The notes below the pieces were generated by a model that worked only from the letters and a program-made list of their open reading frames with translations, ran no database searches and was not told the DNA's origin. A stretch of DNA of 64,000 bases from Syntrophobacterales bacterium (lineage in GTDB: Bacteria; Desulfobacterota; Syntrophia; Syntrophales; CAMTWB01). The stretch is from the NCBI GenBank assembly GCA_037441775.1, contig JBBIRO010000011.1, positions 1,708 through 65,707 of the forward strand. The letters run 5' to 3'. The translations under genes and the position numbers were made by a program. This document shows, in pieces, positions 48,303 to 58,924 of the stretch (its first letter is position 1; each line of letters opens with the position of its first letter).

Positions 48303-48349
48303 TTGGACACCCCTTTTAAAAGGGTGACACTACCTAGCCCCATCTGCGC

Positions 48350-49642
48350 TTACCCGAATACCCGCTTGAATATCAGACCCACATGGCTGAGAAAATTATC
48401 GTAGTTAAAAATGGCGTCAATATCTTCCTTCGTGATATTTGCCATTACTTCTGGATCCTGTAACAGGAGGCTATGAAAATCAAATCCCCCTTCCCAGGAG
48501 GCCATGGCATTTTTTTGGACCAGCCGATAGGCGTCCTCCCGGGAAAGGCCGTTCTCAACAAGCTTCAAGAGAACCATCTGGGAGAATACCACCCCCCTGG
48601 TAAGATTTAAATTCTCCCGCATTTGCTGTGGATAGACCACCAGGTTATCCAGGAGACCAGTAAACCTTTTTAGCATAAAGTCCAAAAGCACTGTAGCATC
48701 CTCGCCAATCACCCGTTCCACGGAGGAATGGCTGATATCACGCTCATGCCAGAGGGGTATGTTTTCGAGGCTCGCTATGGCATAAGACCTCATCAGCCGG
48801 GCCAGTCCGGAAAGGTTCTCCGACAGTACCGGGTTCCTCTTATGGGGCATCGCGGACGACCCCTTTTGGCCGGGCGAAAAGTATTCTTCCACCTCTCGTA
48901 CCTCTGTCCGCTGCAGCAACCTTATTTCCTGGGCAAACTTGTCGATTGAGGAGGCGATAATGGCCAAAGTGCTAAAGAATTCAGCGTGGCGATCCCGCTG
49001 AATTATCTGCGATGACACCTTCTCCCGGCTAATGTCCAGCTTCCGGCAGACATATTCTTCCACAAAAGGAGCGACAAATGAGTAGGTACCCACCGCCCCC
49101 GATAGCTTGCCGTAACTGATGTTTTCTTGGGCGCGGATCAGACGCAGCTTATTTCGTTCCATCTCCTGATACCAGATGGCGAGCTTAAGTCCAAAGGTAA
49201 TCGGTTCGGCATGGATTCCATGGGTCCGGCCAATCATCACGGTATCCCTAAAAAGCAGTGCCTTTTCGCGTAACACCAAAAGAAGACGATCCAAGTCATC
49301 AAGCAGGATAGCGGCTGCTCTTTTTAACAGGACGCTGAAACTGGTGTCCAGAATATCAGAGGAGGTCAGTCCCCGGTGAATGTATCGCCCCTCTTCCCCT
49401 ACCCGTTCCGTGACGGCAGTCAAAAAGGCAATAACATCATGCCTGGTGATGGCTTCAATTTCCTCGATGCGCGCCAGATCGAATGATGCCCGTTCTTTGA
49501 TTGCCTTGATGGCATCAGGGGGAAGTTGCCCCAGTTCGGCCATAGCTTCACAAGCCAGAATCTCGATTTCAAGCCAGGTTTGATACTTGGTTTGGGGGGT
49601 CCAAAGCAGGGTCATCTCATTACAGGAATAGCGGGGAATCAA
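48350..49642 (-). CDS. purB: Adenylosuccinate lyase
   Basis: Fumarate-lyase signature GSSAMPHKRNP. The TTG at 49642 (MIPRYSCNEM) follows an AAGGAG RBS. The tracked ORF starts 10 codons upstream. Confidence 0.9.
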   Translation of the reverse strand: MIPRYSCNEMTLLWTPQTKYQTWLEIEILACEAMAELGQLPPDAIKAIKERASFDLARIEEIEAITRHDVIAFLTAVTERVGEEGRYIHRGLTSSDILDTSFSVLLKRAAAILLDDLDRLLLVLREKALLFRDTVMIGRTHGIHAEPITFGLKLAIWYQEMERNKLRLIRAQENISYGKLSGAVGTYSFVAPFVEEYVCRKLDISREKVSSQIIQRDRHAEFFSTLAIIASSIDKFAQEIRLLQRTEVREVEEYFSPGQKGSSAMPHKRNPVLSENLSGLARLMRSYAIASLENIPLWHERDISHSSVERVIGEDATVLLDFMLKRFTGLLDNLVVYPQQMRENLNLTRGVVFSQMVLLKLVENGLSREDAYRLVQKNAMASWEGGFDFHSLLLQDPEVMANITKEDIDAIFNYDNFLSHVGLIFKRVFG

Positions 49643-49680
49643 TGTTTTTCTCCTTCGGTCTTTTTTATACATCTATTATG

Positions 49681-49699
49681 TTGACCGTAATTGCGTCAA
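49681..49699. repeat. Short palindrome TTGACCGTAATTGCGTCAA, possibly a collapsed pair of T-motif ends
   Basis: TTGAC...GTCAA arms with a CGTAA core. Lies between purB and the small membrane gene. Confidence 0.3.
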
Positions 49700-49751
49700 G
49701 CTATTTCCAATTCCTGTTGCAGCTGCCGCAAATATGGTATAAGTGTAACAG

Positions 49752-49988
49752 ATGCGAATTTTGATCAGAAATGTTTGCGGCTGGATATTACTGATGGCTG
49801 GCGTTGTTGGGCTTTTCCTACCGCTGCTGCAGGGAATCCTCTTTATCATTCTGGGAATCATGATCCTGGCGCCCAACGTGCCTTTTTTTAAAAAAATATT
49901 GCATAATCTCCACGAGAGGAATCCCGAGATTTTCGTTCAGGCGAATAGACTGAAAAGTAAGATCCAATCACTCTGGTCTAAATACTAA
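49752..49988 (+). CDS. Hypothetical small membrane protein
   Basis: Two predicted TM helices. No family recognised. Confidence 0.4.
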   Translation: MRILIRNVCGWILLMAGVVGLFLPLLQGILFIILGIMILAPNVPFFKKILHNLHERNPEIFVQANRLKSKIQSLWSKY

Positions 49989-50056
49989 CAAGTGGCTTTA
50001 TATACAAGTCACCGCCGGCAATCGGAAAATGTTTATAATTTTCAGGGAGATATTTT

Positions 50057-51775
50057 ATGAAGAAGATTTTAGCTTTATTGTTGGGATTTATAATAATAAT
50101 TGGCTCATACGGAGTACTCAAGGCTCAGGATAAGAAAATTGTCGCCGTCATTCCCTTTACCGTCTATAGCGCCGAGAATATCGATTACATTCGCCAGGGC
50201 GTATCAGGAATACTTTCATCGCGACTGGCCGCATCCGACAAGATTGAGGTTACAAATCGCGAGGCAATAGCCGAGGCTCTAAAAGCTCTTGGCGTAAGAG
50301 AGCCTTCCGGCGCAGATGTCGAGTCTGTGGGAAAGGCGCTAAAAGTTCATTACGTTGTTTGGGGAAGCCTGACCAAAATCGGCAGCAGTGTCAGCATCGA
50401 TGCCAAGTTGTCCGAAATTACGACGGCCAAGCCTCCGGTAAACTTTTTTTCCCAAACGCAAAACCTAGACGAAATCATTCCTCGCACTAGCGAAGTCGCC
50501 GAACGGATTGCACGCCAGGTAACAGGAACGCAGCAATTGGCAGGCCAGCAGATTGAACCTCAGGCGCGCCCATCGGGGTCGGCGACATTACCCGTGCCTC
50601 CTCCCCCGGCCGGCAGTTCCCGGGAGGCGGAAATCATATCTTCGCTACGTGGCGGAGGCAAAAAGGCCACCTTTACCTCAATCATTAATCCTGACTTCAT
50701 CAACGTGCCTGGATCAACCGGTTTAGACCGGCGCGGCTTTTGGATGAGCAATGACTTCCCAAATGAATTCAAAGGAATGGACATCGGCGATGTCACCGGA
50801 GACGGCATGAATGATGTGGTAATGATAGATTCGACCAACATATTCATCTATCAGAAGAAAGGTCAGGAATTTAAACAGATCCACCATATTAGAGGTAAGT
50901 CTTACGACAATTATCTTTCCGTCGATGTGGCCGATATTAACAGAAACGGCATCAAAGAAATTATCGTCACCAATATCAACGAGACCCTTCTCAATTCCTT
51001 CGTCCTGGAATTCCGCGATGGGAAGTTCACGCAAATCGCATCGGACATAAGACTGTTTCTGAGAGTCATCAGCCCCGATGGCAAGGAACCAGTATTGCTC
51101 GGACAGAATTTCGGCAGCGACGCTATTTTCAATTCGCCGATACATGAAGTGGTCTGGCGTAACGGCCAGTACCAGCCAGGGAAAAGAATGAAGATACCCC
51201 AGGGGCTTCCCATTTACGGCCTCACGATCGACAGTCTCGCCGCCGGAGGGGAAAAGATAATAGTGCTCAATGATTTTGATAATATCACCCTTTACCATCC
51301 TACTGACAAGCCCCTGTCCCGTCTAGCCGTGTTTGGCGGCGCCAAAGAACTGATCTACCGTAGCGAAGAGCCTTTCGGCGGATCGAATAATTATCTGGCG
51401 CCAACCTCAAGTAGTAGAAATCCCGTCATCGATCAGGTCAATAACACATACCTTAACTTAAGAATATTGACCTACGATCTCGAGGGCAAGGGCAAAAGGG
51501 TAATCATAATCCCGAAAAACTCGTCCCCAATAGGCCGGGTCTTAAGCAATGTCAAACTGTTCACGAGCAGCGAATTATACTGCCTCTCCTGGGATGGGCT
51601 GGGTATGGCGGAAAACTGGCGGTCAAGAAAGATAAACGGCTACGTGGCCGACTACCAGATAAAGGACCTGAACAACGACGGCAAGGATGAAATAGTGATG
51701 ATTCTGGTTCGCGAACATGGAACCGGTAGAAAGGGGCATTCGGTGCTGGTTTCTTACGATCTTACCGTTAATTGA
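50057..51775 (+). CDS. Secreted FG-GAP/VCBS-repeat protein
   Basis: Signal peptide plus repeated D-x-N/D-x-D-G-x-x-E/D calcium-type motifs (DVTGDGMNDVVMID, DINRNGIKEIIVTN, DLNNDGKDEIVMIL). Its stop TGA lies inside a T motif. Confidence 0.7.
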   Translation: MKKILALLLGFIIIIGSYGVLKAQDKKIVAVIPFTVYSAENIDYIRQGVSGILSSRLAASDKIEVTNREAIAEALKALGVREPSGADVESVGKALKVHYVVWGSLTKIGSSVSIDAKLSEITTAKPPVNFFSQTQNLDEIIPRTSEVAERIARQVTGTQQLAGQQIEPQARPSGSATLPVPPPPAGSSREAEIISSLRGGGKKATFTSIINPDFINVPGSTGLDRRGFWMSNDFPNEFKGMDIGDVTGDGMNDVVMIDSTNIFIYQKKGQEFKQIHHIRGKSYDNYLSVDVADINRNGIKEIIVTNINETLLNSFVLEFRDGKFTQIASDIRLFLRVISPDGKEPVLLGQNFGSDAIFNSPIHEVVWRNGQYQPGKRMKIPQGLPIYGLTIDSLAAGGEKIIVLNDFDNITLYHPTDKPLSRLAVFGGAKELIYRSEEPFGGSNNYLAPTSSSRNPVIDQVNNTYLNLRILTYDLEGKGKRVIIIPKNSSPIGRVLSNVKLFTSSELYCLSWDGLGMAENWRSRKINGYVADYQIKDLNNDGKDEIVMILVREHGTGRKGHSVLVSYDLTVN

Positions 51776-51975
51776 CGACTTCGTAATAAGCACGGATGCA
51801 GCTTTGAGGCTAAATCCCTCGCCACTCAAGGCAATGCCCACCTTGTTGGCGCAAGCGCTCTTGACTATTGCCAAATCGCCGCGGGCACAAGGCCCGCGGC
51901 TACAGATAATTGGGCAATCCCGGCTCGTCCCGCCAGACAGCGGAAGTCAGAGCAGCGTACTTTTAGATTGACAAC
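51772..51975. repeat. Element L: an L terminus, module P and a degenerate R terminus
   Basis: ttgacgacttcgtaataagc, module P at 51867-51903 (9-bp stem gccgcgggc/gcccgcggc), and R-like gtacttttagattgacaac. Confidence 0.6.
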
Positions 51976-52011
51976 TGGCCCACGTTGTTATAGCAGTTCC
52001 GCGGCTTCAAG

Positions 52012-52083
52012 TTTGACGGCTTCGTAAAAAGTCAAAAGCCAGCTCTCCCATGAGGGGAGAGGGTTCTTGAATGTTGTGACGCG
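52012..52083. repeat. Element M (short): an L terminus, a hairpin and a degenerate R terminus, 14 nt upstream of a tRNA gene
   Basis: tttgacggcttcgtaaaaagtc, then ctctcccatgaggggagag, then cttgaatgttgtgacgcg. Confidence 0.65.
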
Positions 52084-52096
52084 TTTTTTTCGCTTC

Positions 52097-52173
52097 GGCG
52101 GTGTAGCTCAGATGGTTAGAGCATGCGGCTCATATCCGCAGTGTCCGGGGTTCGATTCCCTGCACCGCCACCA
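52097..52173 (+). tRNA. tRNA with CAT anticodon (elongator Met, or Ile2 if modified)
   Basis: Hand-folded cloverleaf: acceptor GGCGGTG/CACCGCC, anticodon loop CTCATAT, T-loop TTCGATT, encoded CCA. It lacks the initiator-specific features. Confidence 0.85.
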
Positions 52174-52293
52174 TTTATATTTAATTCGGGCCTTCCAATG
52201 CATTATGGCATTTCTTGGCCATATGCGACCACCTCCCTGACGGCAATCGCCAATATGAACCTGAAATTTTGTGCCTAAACAGCAATATCACCT

Positions 52294-52332
52294 AAAAAAA
52301 GGGGTTAACTTGAAAAGTTAACCCCTTTTAAT
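52294..52332. terminator. Bidirectional intrinsic terminator between convergent tRNA genes
   Basis: AAAAAAA-GGGGTTAAC-ttgaaaa-GTTAACCCC-TTTTAAT: a 9-bp perfect stem flanked by an A-run and a T-run. Confidence 0.7.
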
Positions 52333-52333
52333 C

Positions 52334-52410
<77 letters not shown>

Positions 52411-52443
52411 GCTGTTTATATATGCCTTTGTCAGCAGTTTTCC

Positions 52444-52519
52444 TGGTAGGCGGAACAGGACTTGAACCTGTGACATCCACGGTGTAAGCGTGGCGCTCTG
52501 CCGACTGAGCTACCCGCCT
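52444..52519 (-). tRNA. tRNA-Val (TAC)
   Basis: Minus-strand fold: acceptor AGGCGGG/TCCGCCT, anticodon stem CCACG/CGTGG, loop CTTACAC, T-loop TTCAAGT and CCA. Confidence 0.9.
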
Positions 52520-52578
52520 TCTGAACGTTCACTGAAGCGGGTATTACCAATGTTGCCTATTTATGTCAAGAGCAAATA

Positions 52579-52597
52579 ACGCCTTTGTAAAAAGTCC
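52579..52597. repeat. T-motif, L orientation, solo (acgcctttgtaaaaagtcc)
   Basis: Lies 12 nt from the lon stop codon. Confidence 0.5.
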
Positions 52598-52608
52598 GGA
52601 TGACCCTG

Positions 52609-55032
52609 TTAATTTACGTGCGGGCGTGGCCAGGGGGGGGTAGCATTCGCCCCGGTAAGGCGCCCATCAATTTCTATTTCCTTGATATTATCATCGCGAC
52701 ATAATGCAACTTTTAATACCTCGTCCACGTGTTCCACGAAAATTATTTCCATGGTCTTAAGAACATTCACCGGCACATCATCAAGATCCTTTTCGTTTTC
52801 TCGGGGGATAATGACCGTTTTTATATTTCCTCGATGCGCGGCAAGCAGTTTTTCCTTAAGCCCGCCTATGGGAAGCACCCTACCCCGCAGCGTTATTTCA
52901 CCTGTCATGGCCAAGTCGCCCCTAACCTTTTTTCCGGTAAAGGCCGACGAAATAGATACGGCAATGGCAATCCCCGCTGATGGACCGTCTTTAGGGATTG
53001 CCCCTTCCGGAACATGAACATGAATGTCAACTTCTTTATAAAAGTTTTCCGACAATCCAAACTGTTCCGCCCTGGCCCTCACATAAGTAAGGGCTGCCTG
53101 TGCTGATTCCTGCATCACATCGCCGAGCTTTCCGGTGAGTGTCATTTTTCCAGTGCCCTGCATAATGGAGGACTCAATAGTCAAGAGTTCCCCTCCGACC
53201 TCCGTCCAGGCCAGACCAATTGATACACCGACATCATCTTTCCCCTCTATTTCGCCGTGCCGGAATTTTTTTACACCTAGATAGACGGGAACTGTTTTCG
53301 AGCTGATTTTTATGACCTCGTCGGAAGCATCCGTTACTATTTTCCTTGCAACCTTGCGGCAGATGGAAGATATCTCTCTTTCCAGGTTTCTAACTCCGGC
53401 TTCCCGGGTATAACAGCGGATGATGTTTAGCAAGGCGCCATCGGAGAAAACTAATTTATCCGGGTTAAGCCCGTTAGTCTCGACAGATTTAGGCACCAGA
53501 TATTTTTTCCCGATGCTAAGTTTTTCGAGTTCCGTGTATCCGGCGATACGGATTACCTCCATCCTGTCCTGCAAGGCTGCTGGTATAGTTTGGAGAATAT
53601 TTGCCGTAGTAATGAACATAACATTGGAAAGATCGTAATCAACTTCCAGATAGTTGTCATTAAAGGCATAATTCTGCTCGGGATCGAGAACCTCCAGCAA
53701 TGCTGATGCGGGATCTCCTCGGAAATCCGAGCATAGCTTATCTATTTCATCCAGACAAAAAACAGGATTGTTTGATCCGGCCTTCTTGAGTAGTTGTACT
53801 ATCTTACCCGGCATGGCGCCGATATAAGTCCGGCGATGCCCCCGTATCTCCGCTTCATCTCGCACTCCCCCCAGGGATAGACGAACAAATTTTCTATTTG
53901 TGGCCCGCGCTACAGACTTGGCTACGGATGTTTTACCTACACCCGGGGGACCAACAAAGCACAAGATAGAGCTCTTGTTCTTTTTCACTAATGATTGAAC
54001 GGCAAGGTATTCGAGAATCCTTTCTTTTACCTTTTTTAGCCCGTAATGGTCCTCTTCCAGAATTGCCTCTGATTCCTTGAGCTTATAATTGTTTTCCGTA
54101 ACTTCCGACCAGGGCATGTCGAGGAGCCATTGGATATAGTTCCTGACGACCGTGGCTTCCGCTGACATGGGGGCCATCATTTGCAGTTTCTTTATCTCTT
54201 CCTGGACCTTTTTATGGGCTTCTTCGGATAGTTTTTTTTGTTTTAACCTCTTCTCCATTTCGGCGATTTCGTTTTTAAAATCGTCCTTTTCCCCCATTTC
54301 TTTCTGGATGGCGCGCATCTGTTCATTCAGATAATAGTCCTTCTGGGTCTTATCCATCTGTTTTTTGACCCGTTTCTTTATCTTATCCTCCACCTCCAGT
54401 ATTTCAATCTCAGCCATAATCATGGCATATATTTCTTCCAGCCGGTGGGTGATGTTGAAATTTTCCAGGATCCGCTGTTTGTCCTCCAACTTGACCCCCA
54501 GGTGGGATATGACAATATCACCCAGTTTCGATGGGTCATCAAAAGAATTGATAGTGCTGATTATTTCGATATTGGCTTTTTTGCTTAATTTTACGTATTT
54601 TTCGAAGGAATCTTTAATATTTCTAATCAAGGCTTCGGTTTGCACCTGATCCCCATCATCGAACTCATCGGCTTCCGTGACATTGACAAAGAAGAAATCT
54701 TTGCCAGGGAGATACTCGTTGATCACGGCACGTTTTATACCTTCAACCAGCACCTTCACAGTGCCGTCGGGCAGCCGCAGAAGCTGAATGATCATGCCTA
54801 TCGTTCCCGTTGTGTATATATCTGCTTCAGCCGGATCGTCTTTTTTGGCATGTTTCTGGGCAGCCAGGAATATACCCTTCTCTGTTTTCATTGCGTATTC
54901 CAGGCCGGCTATTGATTTTTCCCTTCCCACAAACAGCGGGATGATCATGTGGGGGAAAACAACCACATCCCGAAGGGGAAGGAGCGATATATTTGTCTTT
55001 TTTGGGTCATTGCCACTTTTCTTGTTTAACAT
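52609..55032 (-). CDS. lon: ATP-dependent Lon protease
   Basis: LON N-terminal domain, AAA+ motif (GPPGVGKTS) and protease-domain PKDGPSAG (Ser). Confidence 0.95.
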   Translation of the reverse strand: MLNKKSGNDPKKTNISLLPLRDVVVFPHMIIPLFVGREKSIAGLEYAMKTEKGIFLAAQKHAKKDDPAEADIYTTGTIGMIIQLLRLPDGTVKVLVEGIKRAVINEYLPGKDFFFVNVTEADEFDDGDQVQTEALIRNIKDSFEKYVKLSKKANIEIISTINSFDDPSKLGDIVISHLGVKLEDKQRILENFNITHRLEEIYAMIMAEIEILEVEDKIKKRVKKQMDKTQKDYYLNEQMRAIQKEMGEKDDFKNEIAEMEKRLKQKKLSEEAHKKVQEEIKKLQMMAPMSAEATVVRNYIQWLLDMPWSEVTENNYKLKESEAILEEDHYGLKKVKERILEYLAVQSLVKKNKSSILCFVGPPGVGKTSVAKSVARATNRKFVRLSLGGVRDEAEIRGHRRTYIGAMPGKIVQLLKKAGSNNPVFCLDEIDKLCSDFRGDPASALLEVLDPEQNYAFNDNYLEVDYDLSNVMFITTANILQTIPAALQDRMEVIRIAGYTELEKLSIGKKYLVPKSVETNGLNPDKLVFSDGALLNIIRCYTREAGVRNLEREISSICRKVARKIVTDASDEVIKISSKTVPVYLGVKKFRHGEIEGKDDVGVSIGLAWTEVGGELLTIESSIMQGTGKMTLTGKLGDVMQESAQAALTYVRARAEQFGLSENFYKEVDIHVHVPEGAIPKDGPSAGIAIAVSISSAFTGKKVRGDLAMTGEITLRGRVLPIGGLKEKLLAAHRGNIKTVIIPRENEKDLDDVPVNVLKTMEIIFVEHVDEVLKVALCRDDNIKEIEIDGRLTGANATPPWPRPHVN

Positions 55033-55054
55033 TTATTACCCCGGATATTCTGGC

Positions 55055-56317
55055 CTAAGCCGATTCAATTTTGTTTTCCAAGACCAGGATGGGCTTTTCA
55101 CCTCTGAGAACGGCCTCTTCATTAATTATGCATTCCCTTATGTCCCTGCGGGATGGAATCTCATACATTATCTCCAACATGATGTTTTCAAGAATAGACC
55201 GCAAACCTCTGGCCCCCGCTTTTCTGTCCATGGAGACTCTTGCAACTGAGCGTAAGGCGTCATCGGTAAATTTCAGCTTCACCTGGTTTAGCTCGAAAAG
55301 CTTCTTGTACTGTTTTATTATCGCATCCTTCGGTTCCTGCAGGATGCTCACCAATTCTTCCTCGGATAATTCATCAAGTGATGCAATGACTGGAATTCTG
55401 CCAATAAACTCAGGTATCAAACCAAATTTAAGCAGGTCTGATGGCTGAACCTCGGCCAGAAGTTCACCAATCTTGCGATCTTTTTTGCTTTTGATATCCG
55501 CGCCAAACCCGATCGAATTTGCGCCTAATCTCTTGGCGACAATATCCGGCAGGTCGTTGAACGCACCGCCACAGATAAATAAAATATTAGTCGTGTCCAC
55601 CGGTATGAATTCCTGCTGCGGATGCTTGCGGCCGCCTTTTGGTGGTATGTTGGCCACTGTGCCCTCGATAATTTTAAGGAGCGCCTGCTGAACACCCTCG
55701 CCGGAAACATCCCGCGTAATAGACGGATTGCCGGATTTTTTGGCAATCTTGTCAATCTCATCAATGTACACAATTCCGCGTGATGCCTTTTCCACGTCAT
55801 AGTCTGCGTTTTGTAACAGACTCAAAATTATGTTCTCCACGTCTTCGCCCACGTATCCGGCCTCTGTCAGGGTAGTGGCATCGGCAATGGCAAAAGGAAC
55901 ATTCAACATTTTGGCCAGAGTTTTAGCAAGAAGCGTTTTTCCAGAGCCAGTTGGGCCGATCATCAAGATATTGCTCTTCTGGATCTCAACCCCATCGCGC
56001 TCTGGCTGGCATTGAATGCGGCGATAGTGATTGTAAACCGCCACCGCCAGCATTTTCTTGGGCCTATTCTGTCCAATTACATACTGGTCTAAAAACTTCT
56101 TAATGTTCTTTGGCTCCGGAATTTTTTGCGATTGATCTTCAGATAAGTACACGGCTTGTTCTTCTTCGACAATACATCGGCATAACTCAATACATTCGTC
56201 ACAAATATAAGCAGTAGGGCCAGCCACCAATTTTCGGACTTCATGTTGTGTCTTGCCACAGAAAGAGCAAAACAGCATATTGCCCCTCCCCTGATTATAA
56301 CTTCCTTTTTTTGTCAT
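55055..56317 (-). CDS. clpX: ATP-dependent Clp protease ATP-binding subunit ClpX
   Basis: Zinc-ribbon CSFCGK...CDEC and [11 protein letters not shown]. Confidence 0.95.
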   Translation of the reverse strand: MTKKGSYNQGRGNMLFCSFCGKTQHEVRKLVAGPTAYICDECIELCRCIVEEEQAVYLSEDQSQKIPEPKNIKKFLDQYVIGQNRPKKMLAVAVYNHYRRIQCQPERDGVEIQKSNILMIGPTGSGKTLLAKTLAKMLNVPFAIADATTLTEAGYVGEDVENIILSLLQNADYDVEKASRGIVYIDEIDKIAKKSGNPSITRDVSGEGVQQALLKIIEGTVANIPPKGGRKHPQQEFIPVDTTNILFICGGAFNDLPDIVAKRLGANSIGFGADIKSKKDRKIGELLAEVQPSDLLKFGLIPEFIGRIPVIASLDELSEEELVSILQEPKDAIIKQYKKLFELNQVKLKFTDDALRSVARVSMDRKAGARGLRSILENIMLEIMYEIPSRRDIRECIINEEAVLRGEKPILVLENKIESA

Positions 56318-56386
56318 TCGAAATCCTCTTCTATCAGGCTATTGCCGCTTGTTTTTTTGCTGATTTTATATCTGGTAATCATCTGT

Positions 56387-56406
56387 GATGACTTCGTAAA
56401 AAAACC
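56387..56406. repeat. T-motif, L orientation, solo (gatgacttcgtaaaaaaacc) in the clpP-clpX spacer
   Basis: Near-identical to the terminus at 46356. Confidence 0.6.
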
Positions 56407-56412
56407 AATTCA

Positions 56413-56994
56413 TCATCTATTAGATACGATCTCATCGATCAGGCCATATTCCTGGGCCTGCTCCGGTGTCATATAATAGTCACGCTCCGTGTCCATCTTT
56501 ATCTTCTCCAGCGATTTACCGGTAAGCCCGGAAAGGATACGGTTTAGCTCATCCTTTAAACGGAGGATTTCCCTGGCCTGAATGTCTATATCCGTCGCTT
56601 GTCCATGAAAGCCGCCTAACGGCTGATGAATCAGGATGCGGGAGTGTGGCAGGGAAAAGCGCTTACCCTTCTTCCCGGCCGCAAGCAGGAGGGCGGCCAT
56701 GCTCGCCGCCTGCCCCATGCAGACCGTGTATACATCGGGCTTTATGAAATTCATCGTGTCGTAGATTGCCATCCCCGAGCTTACATGGCCGCCCGGACTG
56801 TTTAAGTAAAAATACACCTCTTTGTCCGGATTCTCGGATTCAAGATAAAGCAGTTGGGCAATAATAAGATTCGCCACCTGATCATCAATCGCCGTCCCAA
56901 GAAAAATGATCCTGTCCCTCAAGAGACGCGAAAAGATGTCAAAAGCCCTCTCGCCGCGGCCATCCTGCTCAATTACCATCGGAATCAGGTTCAC
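56413..56994 (-). CDS. clpP: ATP-dependent Clp protease proteolytic subunit
   Basis: [19 protein letters not shown] (Ser) and IHQPLGG (His). The GTG start overlaps the tig stop. Confidence 0.95.
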   Translation of the reverse strand: MNLIPMVIEQDGRGERAFDIFSRLLRDRIIFLGTAIDDQVANLIIAQLLYLESENPDKEVYFYLNSPGGHVSSGMAIYDTMNFIKPDVYTVCMGQAASMAALLLAAGKKGKRFSLPHSRILIHQPLGGFHGQATDIDIQAREILRLKDELNRILSGLTGKSLEKIKMDTERDYYMTPEQAQEYGLIDEIVSNR

Positions 56995-58316
56995 CGGGCA
57001 TCTCCCTTCTCATCAATCGCCGCAGCCTCATTTGTTAGTGCGTGATTTTCAATATATTTGAACACTTTATCATGCTGAAGTTGATGTATTAATTGTTCCA
57101 TCATTTTGCTTTCCGTAAACTTCTTTTTCAGCCCCTCAAAGTCATCCTTGCGTGCTTCCGCCATAGATCTCAGCGCGGACTCAACTTCTTCAGGACCGAC
57201 TTCGATGGATTCTTTGGCCTGAATCGCATCCAGGATATACATTGACTTTAATGTCTTCACCGCCGCAGGTTTCAGGGAGTTATATAGTTTGTAAGAACTT
57301 TCCAGTGCCTTCTCCTTCGGCATTCCGCGCGACATCAGATAGCGTGCGTTCTCTTCTATCATTGAAAATATTTGTCTCTCAATCATGGAGGGCGGCACTT
57401 CAAATTCATTGATCTTGATCAATTCGTCAAGGATTTCGCTTTCAAATTTTGCGTTTGCCTCGTTTGAATATTCTGCTTCCAGAGATTTTCTGATGCCGTC
57501 CAGCAATTCCTCGAAAGATGAATGCTGTTGAAAATTACTTATGAAATTATCATCGATCTCAGGAAGTGTCTGCTTTTGTATCTGCTTTATTTTTACTTGA
57601 AACAACGCGGTATTACCTGCGTAAGTACTGTCATGATAGTCTGACGGATAGGTAACGGTAAATTCCTTTTCATCACCTGTCTTGAGGCCCAGCAACTGCT
57701 CTTCAAAAGCGGGCAATGCTGAGCTTCCGTTTAGCTGCAAATTAGCGTCAAGCCCTTTTAGGGCATCACTGGGCTTCCCATCAATAAATCCTTGATAGTC
57801 AAATGTCACATAGTCGTCTGTAGTCGAGATATGACCTTCCGGAACAGCCGCGAAGGTAGCCAGGGATTTTCTTAATTTCTGTAGTACATTATCAATATCT
57901 TCATCCTTAACCGGACGGATAGTTTTCTTTATGTCTAAACCAATATAGCCCACGGGATCGATCACCGGCGGAACTTCCACCGTCGCAGTAAAAATGAAGT
58001 TTTTATCCGGCTCAATGCCCTCCTGTTCGATTTTAGGCTGGGTCAGAGCATCGATCCCATTTTTTTTCAGAGAATCGAAATAACAACTATTTACGATGTT
58101 ATAGACGGCCTCTTCTTCGGCCTTGTCCTTATAATAAGTCTCAAGAATCGGCCGCGGCACCTTGCCAGGGCGAAATCCTTTGAGTTTGGAGGTCTTGGAT
58201 ATCTTTGTGTATGCAGCATCCAGCTCTTTTTTTACCTTCTCCCAAGGCACATCGAATTGAAGTTTCCTGATAACCTGGCTGACCTCATCTATTTTAACCG
58301 CCGCCGTTTCAGTCAC
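56991..58316 (-). CDS. tig: Trigger factor
   Basis: GFRPGKVP motif plus PPIase and C-terminal domains. The GTG at 58316 follows a GGAGA RBS. The tracked 550-aa ORF runs upstream across two tRNA genes and is an artefact. Confidence 0.9.
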   Translation of the reverse strand: MTETAAVKIDEVSQVIRKLQFDVPWEKVKKELDAAYTKISKTSKLKGFRPGKVPRPILETYYKDKAEEEAVYNIVNSCYFDSLKKNGIDALTQPKIEQEGIEPDKNFIFTATVEVPPVIDPVGYIGLDIKKTIRPVKDEDIDNVLQKLRKSLATFAAVPEGHISTTDDYVTFDYQGFIDGKPSDALKGLDANLQLNGSSALPAFEEQLLGLKTGDEKEFTVTYPSDYHDSTYAGNTALFQVKIKQIQKQTLPEIDDNFISNFQQHSSFEELLDGIRKSLEAEYSNEANAKFESEILDELIKINEFEVPPSMIERQIFSMIEENARYLMSRGMPKEKALESSYKLYNSLKPAAVKTLKSMYILDAIQAKESIEVGPEEVESALRSMAEARKDDFEGLKKKFTESKMMEQLIHQLQHDKVFKYIENHALTNEAAAIDEKGDAR

Positions 58317-58351
58317 AGTAAAGTCATCTCCTTTTTTAAAGTTTTCTATCC

Positions 58352-58438
58352 TGGTGCGAGAGAGGGGAGTTGAACCCCTATCCGCCTGCGCGGGCTGGAT
58401 CCTAAGTCCAGTGCGTCTGCCAGTTCCGCCACTCTCGC
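58352..58438 (-). tRNA. tRNA-Leu (TAG)
   Basis: Minus-strand fold: acceptor GCGAGAG/CTCTCGC, anticodon loop CTTAGGA, long variable arm, T-loop TTCAACT and CCA. Confidence 0.9.
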
Positions 58439-58467
58439 CTTGCTGTACTTCAATAGCTTGTGAAAAG

Positions 58468-58496
58468 TATATATTCACTGCAGAGGTCATTGTCAA
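58468..58496 (-). promoter_or_regulatory. Near-consensus sigma-70-type promoter upstream of tRNA-Leu
   Basis: Minus strand reads TTGACA, then a 17-nt spacer, then TATATA. It ends ~29 nt upstream of the mature tRNA-Leu 5-prime end. Confidence 0.6.
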
Positions 58497-58550
58497 CCCG
58501 CAAATCAATCTCATAGACATCAGCGGGCCTAAGTTGCAGCGAATACTAAA

Positions 58551-58581
58551 CAAACAAAAGAAAAGCCGCCGAAAAGGCGGC
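58551..58581 (-). terminator. Intrinsic terminator after tRNA-Pro
   Basis: Minus strand reads GCCGCC-ttttc-GGCGGC followed by TTTTCTTTTGTTTG. Confidence 0.6.
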
Positions 58582-58598
58582 CCCTCTTTTTCTATTAA

Positions 58599-58675
<77 letters not shown>

Positions 58676-58924
58676 ACTGATGATGCTTGAATCTTGCGCG
58701 GCATTACCATTATAAAAAACTAAAGTCAAGGATAAGTCGAGTAACCACACAGGAGTCATATGACAGGCCTTAGGAGCGTCCCCCTTGGCGACAGGCAAAA
58801 CCGTTGCCACCCACAAGGGGCGGCACTTTCTACTATCTCCTGTCTGATTGCCATTTTCTCCTTGATATTGGCATCACTTTCTATTATGTAAGACCATCGT
58901 GATGAACGGATTGTCCAATATAAT

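Noticed and set aside
58781-58820. A nested hairpin (CCCCTTG...GGCAA-aaccg-TTGCC...CAAGGGG) upstream of the SLT gene, containing AGGCAAAACC, which is reminiscent of c-di-GMP-I (GEMM) riboswitches.
   Set aside because: Only one short block resembles GEMM. The second conserved hairpin and the receptor motifs are absent, and no T-run follows the hairpin. A covariance-model scan would settle it.
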